A DNA stretch of 64,000 nt, taken from contig NC_134034.1 in NCBI RefSeq assembly GCF_964204645.1, positions 7,476,914 through 7,540,913 on the forward strand. The letters are read 5' to 3'. Numbering within the stretch: position 1 is the first letter of the stretch; each line of letters begins with the position of its first letter. The position numbers were made by a program, and so were the translations under genes. The DNA comes from Tubulanus polymorphus. Lineage: Eukaryota > Animalia > Nemertea. Of the stretch, positions 1-11,527 are shown in pieces. The notes under the pieces are model-generated. The model was given only the letters and a program-made list of their open reading frames with translations, had not been told where the DNA came from and made no database searches.

Positions 1-109
1 TATTCCTGCAATAGATTTTAATAAAGATATTCTATATAGAAATGAAGTTTTAGATTCATTAATTAATTGATATATTTATGTTACTGAAACTAATAATTTT
101 AATGCAAAG

Positions 110-1337
110 ATGGAAAATATATTTCATGTATATTTAATTAATTTAAAAAAATTGAAAGATGAAAAACAATGGCTATTAAAATCTAATATGAAGTATTGGC
201 AGAACCAATTAAATTTTGCAGTTTGTTGTGCAACAACAGGTTGTGGAATTAATTGGAATGATCATTTGAATAATTCTAAGTATAAATTAATTCAAAGTTT
301 ATTTAGATTCCATACATACTTTCAAAAAAGATTATTATTAAATGAATTAGAGACCCCTTTACCAGGATCTAGATATTTTAAAGAATTAGATAATAACATT
401 AATTCATCAAAGTTTTATAAAATTTGTAATGAATTTGATATAGATATAAATAATTCCGATTTTAGAACAAAAATTGGAACAATAAGATCAATTCCTTGTC
501 CTGAAAATATTTTACAATATTGTGCACTTTCCATACCATCTAATAATTTTTATAATATCTATAATAATAAATTAGGTTATGGTAAGATAGAAAACATGGA
601 TTTAGATACATTAAATTTCAATAAATTACCGAACTTTTATGATCATTTAAAACAAGAAAACAATAATTGTTGGGTTTATTTTATTTTAGAAAATAGTGAA
701 CGTTTTACTAAATCAGGTATACAAAGAATAAATCAATCAATTAGAACTTATTTGATATGTATTATAGGTGCATAAGTTGAAACAAGATCCCCAATAATTG
801 GAGATTTAAATACATCATTTGATACACAAAAAATAATTTAAAGTATTATTTGAAGATTAAATTTATAATGATAAAAATAGATCGATTCCAGAAAATATAG
901 TTAGGTACCAAAATTATTTAGATAAATCTCATGTAAGATTTAATTATTGTATAGGCCCTAATTTATTAATTATTTCTAATGATTTAGTTTTAAAAATGGG
1001 AAATATAATTGGTTATAATAATTTAATTAAGACTGCAACAATAAATAATAAGTTTGGGTTAAATGACATAAATAAAAAGATTATTACTGCTCCAAAACTA
1101 ATGGAAGGTGGAAAAATTAAAAAACATATTCAATCACCAGAAACTTAAACTAAGAATATCAAATTGGATACCGATTCTAAAATAAAAGATTACCATACAT
1201 CAGAAAATATAAAAACTGATATTATTCAACATGATATAATTAAAAGTAATAATGATAATAAATCCCATGAAAATACTAAATTAGCTATAACTTGTATAGG
1301 AATTGTAATAGGAGGAATAATATATTTTTAATTTTAA
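110..1337 (+). pseudogene. Conserved Polinton protein (MKYWQNQLNFAVxCATTGCG motif, C-terminal TM), copy A
   Basis: Near-identical to intact 36120..37346. Premature stop at 773-775 and later frameshifts. Confidence 0.85.
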
Positions 1338-1353
1338 TTTTTATAAGATATGA

Positions 1354-1860
1354 ATGGATGTAGAAGGTGGAGAAGCTTATGAAATGGGAGAAATGGGAAA
1401 TAATAATGACGGATATAATGATGAACCGCAACCTCATTTTAATGAAACTAATATCGATATATGATGATGGATCAGCATATAATTCTAATTTAGCAGATAG
1501 TGGTTCTAAAGCCCCGTCAACAGACGAGTTTGATAAAGAAAACTAGATCGAGAATAAATGCTGAAAACGAAAATCCAGATTTAGTAAAACAAAATTTAGA
1601 AAATAATGAATATTTTTATAATTTCAAACCTATATTTGAAAGATCTGAATATACTATCAATGATAGAGGTGCTAGATATTTAGTTAGATAATTAAAATCT
1701 TTAGATGGTGAATATTACTATCATTTGAAAGATGATTATTATATTAATATCACTTATAAAAATCAAATATTAACTTTGCTGCTGAACATATAATCTTATT
1801 TTTAATTACAGTTGTAAGTGCTATTATTTTTGGGTTAGTGAATATGATAAAAAATAAATA
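1354..1860 (+). pseudogene. Remnant of the acidic/coiled-coil membrane-protein paralogue pair, fused by a ~2 kb deletion
   Basis: Matches 37363-37777, then jumps at ~1765 to the sequence found at ~39768 (INFAAEHIILFL). Confidence 0.8.
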
Positions 1861-1881
1861 ATTAATTTTTTTGTTAAATAA

Positions 1882-3130
1882 ATGACTGGGAGTTATATAA
1901 ATCCTTCTAAGAGTTCTAGAATATCTTATGCTATTAAAGCAGAAAGATCTCATCATATAATTACTCATAATCCTTCTAATATTAATCCTGATGAACCTTT
2001 ACATGTTAGAATCCCGGGATTGAATCAAAATACTTTTTATGTTCCAGATAGTATTAATTTATCGGCTGATATAAATGTAACTGGTCATGATAATAATTAT
2101 GTTGTTGATAATGTTGGATGATATTTGATTGAAAAATTAATAGTAAAGATTGGAACGAAACAGTTTTTTCATGAGATGATTATAATTTATTTATGCATTA
2201 TAAAGATTTATGGTTAACAAAAAAAAAAATAGAAAAAATATGATATTTCAAGGCATCCAATCCTTAAATCAAAATAAATTAAGATCAGACGCTGATAACG
2301 CAATAGTAGCTAATGCTGTAGATAATTTAATAAAAAAGATTTATGGTAGTAAATATAAATTTCCATTAGATTTTGAATTGATAAATAATAATGCGCCTTT
2401 ATATAAATATGCTATACAAGAAGATATTATATTTGAAATAACATTTGCTTCGGTGAATGAAATTGTATTATCTAGCGTTGTTAAAGATATGGATTATAAA
2501 TTGTCAAATATATTTTTAGAATATGATACAGTAACTGATGAAAATATTGCTAGCATAATTCAAACTCAATATAATCAAGGAATTTCATTATTCTATGATT
2601 ATATTGAAAAATTTAAAATTGTAACCATTAATGCAAATGATGAAATAATTAATGAGAATATTAACTTCCCAAGAAGATCTATTAAAGGTATATTAATATT
2701 TTTTACCATTGCTACATATTCTAATGGTGCAATAAATGTTGATAATTATTATAATCCGGAAATATCAAAAGTAGAAATAACTATCGAAGGTATAGCAAAT
2801 AAAATATTCTGTTAAGGAATGAGAATGATAGATCAGTGCCCAGAAATTAGAAAACATTTTATGAATGAACAAGTAAAATCATCTGAAGATTGTAATATTA
2901 ATCAAATAGATTATTATACCGGTAATAAATGTGCATTATGGTTAGATTTTAGAACATCAGAGGATAATTCATTACATGGTTCTGGGAAAAAACTACAAAA
3001 TACTAAAGATGGAATACAATTATTCATGAAAAAGAAAAAAGGAGGCAAAAATTTCAAAATGCGCATTTATATTATATCCGACGCACAATTAAATATTGTA
3101 AATTCACAATTAGATAGTATTATGTTTTAA
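1882..3130 (+). pseudogene. Major capsid protein (double jelly-roll), copy A
   Basis: ORFs 1882..2121, 2210..2815 and 2819..3130 are colinear with 39924..41172, broken by stops and frameshifts. Confidence 0.8.
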
Positions 3131-3447
3131 GTGAAAAAAAGTTAACTTTAGTAAAAATCTATATAATAAATGGAAGGAGGTAAAGTATATAAACATATTC
3201 CATACATCGATACACATGAAAATAATGATGGCTTATATTATGTAATACCTTGTAATATAGCTTTGATATTTGATGGTTAGATTTTAGAACCACGGAAGAT
3301 AATTTATTACAATGGTTCTGGGAAAAAACTACAAAATTACAAAATGCACATTTATATTATATCTGACGCGCAATTAAATATTATAAATTCTCAATTGAAT
3401 GGTGTTATGTATTAAAATTTTAATTTTAATAAAAAATTCTATAATAA

Positions 3448-4228
3448 ATGGAAGGAGGAATATATGAAATACAAAGTCCAAGTGAAATGATATCAGATAT
3501 ATATTATATAATACCTTATGATGAATATAATAAGTATTTTGGAGAATACTTTAAACAATTCAAATATAGAATAAGTAAAATAGATAATAATAAAAGTGGT
3601 GTTGTTGATATTTTAAGTAATGAAATTGACAATAATGTTTTACCTTCTACATCTGGAATTGTTTTACCTTCTACATCTGATAATGTTTTACCTTCTACAT
3701 AAAATAATGAAATAATATTAAATTATAGTGAAAATAGAAATTATTGTGGTTATTGTAAAGGTGAATTTTCAAACAGTCCATCAAATTGGAATAACCATAT
3801 GAATACAACTGTACATATTACTAATGTTACAAAAAACGCGTTGGTTTAAGAGAATTTATAGAGCACCCATTTAGATATGTAACAAAGTTTGTTTCAAATA
3901 AAAAAGTAAATGGTAAAGATTTATATAAAGATTTATTAGGCGAATTTTTATCAAAGGAACCTGAACTCAGTAAAGATGAATTAGATTTAACTGATGCTAA
4001 TAAAATATTAGGATCGAACATTGTTAATAATATCCTAAGGTCAAACATTAAGAAAGAGGATAAGGAAAATATAGTTACTGGAAAGCATATTGATAATGAA
4101 GATTATATAGATACAGATTGGACGAAACGGAATGTAGTAACTATTGATGATGCGGTAGATAGGATGAAAAAGGATTATAATGAAGAAACTTATGATGACC
4201 CGGTAGATAGGTTGAATAAAATGTTAGA
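3448..4228 (+). pseudogene. MEGG-start zinc-finger accessory protein, copy A
   Basis: N-terminus matches 41206 ORF. CxxC...H..T.H finger (YCGYCK...WNNHMNTTVH) after stop at 3700; the rest is divergent. Confidence 0.6.
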
Positions 4229-4327
4229 GTCTGATGATGAATTGGAGGATGGTGATGAAAATGATGTTAATTATTACAAACTCACGTAATATATTAGTTG
4301 AAAATGGTATAAAATAATAGTTAATAA

Positions 4328-4600
4328 AAAAGGGGTTTTAAGTATTTAGGTATCTAATACGTATTTAATACGTATTAAGGTATCTAATACATATTTAAGT
4401 ATCTAATATGTATTAATTTATATAACTTCTATTATTTTCAAACTTATTCATATATTAGTTGAAAAATAAAAACATATCAGTTGAAAAATTAAAATGAATA
4501 ATATAGATTTTAAAAAAGGGGTTTTAAGTATTAAGGTATCTAATACGTATCTAATACGTATCTAATACGCATCTAATACGTATTAAGGTATCTAATACAT
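4328..4600. repeat. Duplicated block of 11-bp GTATCTAATAC tandem repeats between convergent gene arms of A
   Basis: GTATCTAATAC units at ~4350-4410 and 4536-4600, each block preceded by AAAAAGGGGTTTTAAGTATT. Confidence 0.8.
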
Positions 4601-4615
4601 AAATGCTTAAATACC

Positions 4616-5219
4616 TTACTTCATAAATTTATATTCATAAGGAAATTGTAGTCTCAGTAATAATTTTGAACCTTTTTTAATTTATTCATCTATTCATCAT
4701 GTAATTCAGTAGGTATAATTTGATTTTCTTCCAATGATTGATGCATAGATTTCCTATCTTTATTGTAGAATAAAACTAGAAATCTAATGTTTTCTCTAAA
4801 ATCTTTAACAATTGAATTATATTTTTGATTTAAAACCCATGTTGTTATCCAAAAATGTCTCCCAGACAATGCTAAATTGCATAATTCACTTTCACTAACT
4901 TTTGAATCATGTAAATTTGCACAATCATCCACAGTGAATAATGTATTTGAACCTTTATAAATATCAATTGCTATTTTTATACAATTATCTAAATTTTCTT
5001 TTACTGTTTTAGGATCTAATATATAAACTTTTTTATCTCAACTATATCCCTATTATACGTTTTATTCATTTCATAAGTAGGACAGAATAATTTAATTTTA
5101 TCAAAATGATTCTTATAAATAGTTTCTAACAAATCTAATATGAAATGCGTTTTACCACAGTTGGTTACCCCAGTAACTAACATATTATGCAGTTCAAATA
5201 TAAATAAATCTTTATTCAT
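4616..5219 (-). pseudogene. A32/FtsK-HerA packaging ATPase, copy A
   Basis: Walker A GVTNCGKT, Walker B TVDDC, GRHF motif. Frameshift near 5020. Confidence 0.85.
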
Positions 5220-6495
5220 TTATTCTTTTAATTTTACTAGATAAAATCCATTCATTGAATTTATCATCATACGTTTTATATTTCACCAGAGAATACTTTT
5301 TTCCTTTAAGAGTTTTTGTTTTTAATACCTTTTCTCTCTTATATTCTATTTCATCCGGATTTGGTACAAGTGATAATTCTTGTTCATAGAAATAACGCAA
5401 TATATCTTCATCTTTAAAATCTACTTATTTATAAACAAAAGGTTTAGTTAATATTATTTTTTTTAATTTTAAATATTTCTTCAGTAAAATTTGGAGTATA
5501 ACCTTTATAAAATGTTTTTCTATATTTAGATATTCTAACGTGTTGTCCAATTTTAAATTTAGGTTCTCCAAAATCATGTGTAACAAATGCGCCATATAAA
5601 TTATTCCAAACTATTTCTGAATTATCTTCTGTGTTTCATATTTATAGAACTATGTTTGGAATTATTATAAACTTTCACTAAATCATCTAACACATCGATA
5701 TAGGCTAAACAAAAATGATACCTTGTTTCTCCGCAGCGGCCGGGTCATTTTTGTAAAATATGATAAAATTTATAAACAGTTCATTTCTATAGCGGCCGGG
5801 TCTGTTATGGTAAAATTGATCACGATTTAAAAAAAAGTAATGTATAGGGTAGATAGGCGGCCGGCCGGGTCAAAATTTAAGCTCAGCAGAGCGGAGAAAC
5901 AAGGTATCAATTTTGTTTAGCCTTATATGTTTCATTAGCAGTAAAATATTTCCACATTCTAGTTTTAAATGTTTTATTAAACCTTTCTATAATAGATGCT
6001 TTTTTATCTGAGTGTGTTGAAAAATACTCTATATCGTTATCAGATAATAATTGTTTTAAATGTTTATTATAGAGTTCCTTACCTTCATCGATTTGTATCT
6101 TACCTGGAATAGCTTCTTTAAATATTGATTTGAATGCATTTGTTACTTCTATACCAGTTTTATTTTTGATTGGTATACTCCATGCGTATCTGCTGAATAT
6201 ATCTATAATATTTAATATCCAGAAATATCCTTTGTTGTGTTCTTCTAAGTTCTTCATGTCAATCAAATCTGCTTGCCATTGTTGATGACACCATTACTTT
6301 TCTTGTTAAATAATTTCTATCCATTTTCTTATGGATTTGATACGTTGGTTGATTTTGTAACCATAATCTTAATTCAATATATTTTATATTTTCATTATCA
6401 AATTTTAATTTATGCCATAATTCTGAAACACTAGAATATGATACTTCACTCTCTGGATTATAATATAAATCTCTTAGATATTGTTCTTTTTTCAT
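5212..6495 (-). pseudogene. Retroviral-like (rve) integrase with C-terminal chromodomain, copy A
   Basis: IDIFSRYAW, D-EGKE, IIERFNKT motifs; LVKYK.YDDKFNEWI chromodomain. Split by the MITE at 5703. Confidence 0.9.
5703..5922. mobile_element. 220-bp MITE (Harbinger/Tourist-like)
   Basis: ~32-bp TIRs GGCTAAACAAAAATGATACCTTGTTTCTCCGC. Second copy at 21572-21791 has a TTA TSD. Confidence 0.85.
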
Positions 6496-6509
6496 CTTAT
6501 TTTAATCCA

Positions 6510-6607
6510 TTAATAATAATCTTGATTTATTTTCAATGACTTTGATTTATTTTCTGGTATAATAGGTTTATCATCATCGTCGTCGTCGTCTTCGCCGTCG
6601 CCGTCGC

Positions 6608-6648
<41 letters not shown>

Positions 6649-6938
6649 TCGTCGTCGTCGTCGTCATCATCATCTTTATCAGATTTATACTTAGATTTAT
6701 ATATCACACCTGAAAATATTATTACTGTGATTAACCCAATTGTAATATAAAAGTAATTATTTCTTCCAGTATTAGAAGAATCAGGTGGATTATCATTCGA
6801 ATTAATATCAGGTGATTCATTTATATCAGTTAATTTCTTTTTCTTAGCTCTTTTTAATTCTGAAGATCTTTTACCTAATTCCCTTGCCCATATGATTTGT
6901 TTCTCAGATCTAGGCTTCTTCTTAATATCATCGCTCAT
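6510..6938 (-). CDS. Basic N-terminus, single-TM Polinton protein with poly-D/DG microsatellite expansion
   Basis: Homologue of 44786..45154 and 62229..62594. TCG/CCG-rich repeat at ~6570-6675. Confidence 0.75.
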
Positions 6939-8258
6939 TTATTTTAGTTAATTTTTGTTCTGATTCAATATCTCCTGATTTATCTGATTCGATATTATCT
7001 GGTTTATTTACTGTAGGTTTGAAATTAGAAAATGTTATTACGCCAGTAGAAATTAATATCATTATTCCGCCCTAATCGGAATGAAGCGTATCCAACCCAT
7101 TTTTGTAATTCTGTCATAACTAAGTAATCATTCTTTAAATCACTATATAATTTATTTTCATCATCAATTGGTATTACTCAGTTACATAACTTAGAGTAAC
7201 ATTTAACTATTCCATCAATTATAGAATCGTTTATTCGGGCAAATCTAGCTTCTTCGTATATTTTGAAATATTTTATTACTTTATCTGGTTTCATATTATC
7301 TAATTCTTGAAAATTTATAATTAGGGTTTTCTGTGATGTAAGAGAAAACCCTAATTATAAATTTTACTTTTGAGATTCGCGAGTTTCTTATTATTATTAT
7401 TTTATGTCACACTATTTTCGCTAAAAGAACTAAGGCTTTGTTACCTTGCCGCTGTTGTCGATACAATCCGTATGATATCGTTCAGCTCACTGAGATCTTC
7501 AAATACATCGCGTGTTTTTTCACGAATCATCTTTACAAAAGCACTGTCGGGCCGTAAACATCGTAAATTTAGCCCCATTAAATGGGGCGACATGTTTTTC
7601 GAGTCGTCATCCCGAAATCAACCCGCGTCCGATTGTCACTTCGATTATCAATTCAAGTATAAATGAACGAATTTATTGCCGCAGACTTCACATTCAGCCG
7701 CGGTCTTCAAACAGTAATTTTAACAATAGCCCATTTTCCTCATCAAATCATATTACCGATACACAGGAAATTTACTACTTTAGATTAAAAAGCACTGTCG
7801 AGCCGTAAACATCGACGAATCGACGTGAGTCACTACATCGTCGTTCCGGGGACCAGCTGCGAGTTTCTCCTCATCATGAGAATCAAATCGAGTACAAATT
7901 AATTTATTACTGTTTATTACTCTATTACCAGTTACCAGTGATTTGGCTGCGGGTTTCAAGGAGTTAGTTTAACAATACCTATTTTTCTTTACTAAATTAA
8001 CCGTGTATTTACTAAGATACATCTTTAGTGTACCTGGGAGTCGTAGGCCTAAACTAAACACGCCGAAGAGATATAGCGGAGAAAAGCTGTTGTGTCGACG
8101 AGGTATCAAAATAAAAGAATATATTACTTTATTCGGCCGCGGGCTTCAACCTCTATATCAATACCATCAATACTCTATATTTCCTACAGTACATACCGAT
8201 CATTGTCAAATGCACAAGGTATTTACTAAATACCAGTATATAACAAACTCCTATCCGT

Positions 8259-8448
8259 TGTAATGTTCTTTTGCTGGTATTTATAAGCGAGTTCCCCTTC
8301 TCCGACTAGTTTTAAAAAAGCATCAAACTCGGACGATCATATTTTCTGTTGGTGGGATTTCTCCATCTTTATTTCGAACACAAGACGCCAGATGGCGCTA
8401 CCGTGTAGTACACTGTTTAACATTATTAATTTTCAAACATTTCTTACA
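8259..8448 (-). repeat. Bel1 3' LTR (190 bp)
   Basis: About 4 differences from 15227-15417. Preceded on the minus strand by PPT ...GATGGGGAG. Confidence 0.95.
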
Positions 8449-9553
8449 CTCCCCATCTTGGGACAATACTGTTCCAAAATTAAATTAATCTAAGTTATCT
8501 AAATAAATTCTCTAATCAAGTCAAAAAATAGATTCAGAAACAATCAATAAAATCTCTAAAAGTTTATAGCAATCCTACTTATCCCTAGATTAGACTGAGT
8601 TAAGTTACAATTAGTTTCGCAAAGAAAATTATATAAAATATTCAGCTAATATATAATTAACTATTTTAATGATTAAACTAATTAAAGAGGACTTAAAACC
8701 TCGAACGTTAAGCAAATTCACTACAACTAAACTTCTCTATAATAGTTAAAGTATTAAGTAACTAAACCTAACTTCTGTTTATCAACTATAATATGAAGAT
8801 AGTTCACTTAATAATTTTGCACGTTTAAAACAAAATACAACTATATCAAACTATATTAAATTGTATGTTTATCTTAATGAATCACTTCGTGTAATTAAAA
8901 GTACGTAACCGATAAAGTTCCGTTAAAGTTCTAGGTAAATTAACCGAGTCTTCGCATAATATGATAACCGCATCTTGGTACAACCAGATATTTAAGTTTA
9001 TCTTCTCGTCTATACGCAACAGCTGAATAGTAACTTTAGAGTCTGGTTCACTGATGTAAAATAATCGTTCACTTCATATTCCATTAACTGGATGAGTTCG
9101 TTAACTTATAGGGTACGTAGAGTTCTAATTTTCCAATTAACCATCGAACTGATAATAGTAGATTTCCGATTACATATGACCTTCACGGTCAATTAAGAGA
9201 GGGCGCTAGGCTCACCTCCTCTGATATTAATCACAATAATGTCAGCGCATATCGCATAAATTGAAGAGTTAATCACAAATGATAAATGCAAGCTTCGGCT
9301 TGTAACATACGAATCACTGAGACCTTCACGGTCTATAAAGAGAGGGCGCTAGACACACCTCCCATAAATATATATTTAATCACTACACAAATCATTATTC
9401 GTTTCGATGATATTGTTCACGCAAGTGTCGAAATGTTGATATATTCACAAGTATCCAATTACGATTCCATCAGTAACACAAATGTTCATTATTCGCAAGT
9501 TCGCAATAACAGGTTCGATCAACACTTTGTAGAAACGTTAGTCAGTTCACATA

Positions 9554-11527
9554 CTAACAATCGTCACTTAATTCGAGTTCGTTAATCCATCCAGATAAAC
9601 GCTTTTCGGCATTTTCTTTTGATTTTCTCTTCGGACGAGATTGACACACTACTTCAGATGGACGTGTGACGACATCTAGGCCTATAGGTCTCCGAACGTT
9701 TTCTGCTTGCGCATCCCTGGTTAATTCGGGCGAGTCTTGAACTTCTAATGGATACAGCAAGTTGAGTGGCCTTCTAAGAGTTGTTGACTTCTTATCGCGA
9801 ACTCCTAACTTCAAAAAAGCACCTCTCGGGTTGTCATCACTACCAGTTATTAACTCTGTGATTTTTCCAAGTCTCCATTCACCTCTCTGCTTCCCTTCAT
9901 CGTGTACAAGAACTATTTCACCAATTTTTACTTTTCTTCGGTCAGAATTTTCTTTATTCTGTTGCCGATGAGATTCTCTAAGTTCGAGCAAGTATTCGCT
10001 GGACCATCTTTGCCAAAAGTGATCCATCAACGTTTTCAGATGTCTCATTCTTCCACTCATAGCTTTTCTATCCATTTCTGGAACATATTCTTCAGAACAA
10101 GGATGGGTATCTGGTGTTCCCATGAGACGTCTTCCATACACGAGATGTGATGGTGTAACAGGTTCATCAAAATCATCAGAGGCTATGTAGCTCAAAGGCC
10201 TACAATTCAAAACTAATTCCACTTCAGTGAGGACTGTATTATATTCTTCAATACTAAGCTTCGTGACTCGAAGGATCTTCTTCAAACAACGTTTCGCCGA
10301 CTTAACTAGGCGTTCATAAAACCCTCCCCACCATGGGGCTTTCTCCAAAATGAACATCCATTCAATTCGATTTCTTAGAGCAAATTCCTTGAGTCTCGGG
10401 TCTGATAAAAATTTTGCTAACTCTGTTGATGTTTTCCTATAAGTCTTAGCATTGTCAGAGATCATTTTTCTAGGCATTCCACGACGTGCTGCATATCTTC
10501 TAAGACATCGTAGAAAACCGTCTGTTGTAAGCTCTAATACCAATTCTAGATGAACAGCTTTACTTGTAGTACAAGTAAACAAGCAGATCCAAATCTTCTT
10601 TCTTCCCTTCACATACATAGGTCCGGCAAAATCTACACCAGTCGTTTCGAAAGGGTGTGACCTAGTCACTCTGAATTCAGGTAGTGGTGGAGGTAGTGGC
10701 AGCTTGTATGGTAATGCATCAAGTTTTTTACATAAATAGCATTTGGCTATCAATTTCTTCACAATCTGTCTTTCTCTAATTATCCAGAATCTGGAGCGCA
10801 CTTCACCAAGCGTAGCTTTCACCTTCTGGTGCATAACCCTCTCGTGTGCATCCCAGATGATTATTTCAGTGACATGATGATTTACGAGGACGATTGGATT
10901 TTTCTGACTAGATTTCAAGGTAGAATTCTGCAATTTACCAGCACTTTTGATAATACCATCTTCTTCAAATAACTTAAGTTGCAAACGCCATACATTATAC
11001 AGTCTATGTATCTTTAAACACTTCTGAACCACTGTTAACCACAACTTTTCAGCATCATTCAAGTCATTTATTGACAGTTCCCAATCACGGGTTTTTCTTC
11101 TCCAAACTTTAAATGCCTTCATTACTGCAGAAGTCACCATTACTAGTTTTGTAAAGCTACTGTATTTCTTACAGTCTATGATTTCTTCTATAACTATCTC
11201 TCTTTCTGAGACAGTACCGACTTCAAGACACATCATTGATGTAGATGAAATTAGATTACGCTGAGCAATTTTCATCTCTACTAAACATTCTTCAGGCAAA
11301 GCGTCATCAATTTTTTCGATCTTACTTGGTAGCGACTTCTTTAGCAACCAATCTGGTCCGGTGAGCAACATTTTGTCAGACATTAGTTCACTGAATCTTA
11401 TACCTCTAGATGGAATGTCAGCTGGATTTTTAATACCAGCACAGTGTCGCCATGCTTCAGGTTTAATCAATTTTCTTATCACTCGTTTCCAGTCTTTTGT
11501 CACTCCCTTAATCCAAGCTAGAGCCAC
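9554..11527 (-). CDS. Bel1 pol C-terminal part: RNase H end, integrase (HHCC, DDE), DUF5641-like tail
   Basis: NPADIPSRG, H..VMH...C..C, TGVDFAGP, ISDNA, WWGGFYERLV motifs. Separated from the upstream ORF only by an in-frame TAG. Confidence 0.92.
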   Translation of the reverse strand: MALAWIKGVTKDWKRVIRKLIKPEAWRHCAGIKNPADIPSRGIRFSELMSDKMLLTGPDWLLKKSLPSKIEKIDDALPEECLVEMKIAQRNLISSTSMMCLEVGTVSEREIVIEEIIDCKKYSSFTKLVMVTSAVMKAFKVWRRKTRDWELSINDLNDAEKLWLTVVQKCLKIHRLYNVWRLQLKLFEEDGIIKSAGKLQNSTLKSSQKNPIVLVNHHVTEIIIWDAHERVMHQKVKATLGEVRSRFWIIRERQIVKKLIAKCYLCKKLDALPYKLPLPPPLPEFRVTRSHPFETTGVDFAGPMYVKGRKKIWICLFTCTTSKAVHLELVLELTTDGFLRCLRRYAARRGMPRKMISDNAKTYRKTSTELAKFLSDPRLKEFALRNRIEWMFILEKAPWWGGFYERLVKSAKRCLKKILRVTKLSIEEYNTVLTEVELVLNCRPLSYIASDDFDEPVTPSHLVYGRRLMGTPDTHPCSEEYVPEMDRKAMSGRMRHLKTLMDHFWQRWSSEYLLELRESHRQQNKENSDRRKVKIGEIVLVHDEGKQRGEWRLGKITELITGSDDNPRGAFLKLGVRDKKSTTLRRPLNLLYPLEVQDSPELTRDAQAENVRRPIGLDVVTRPSEVVCQSRPKRKSKENAEKRLSGWINELELSDDC

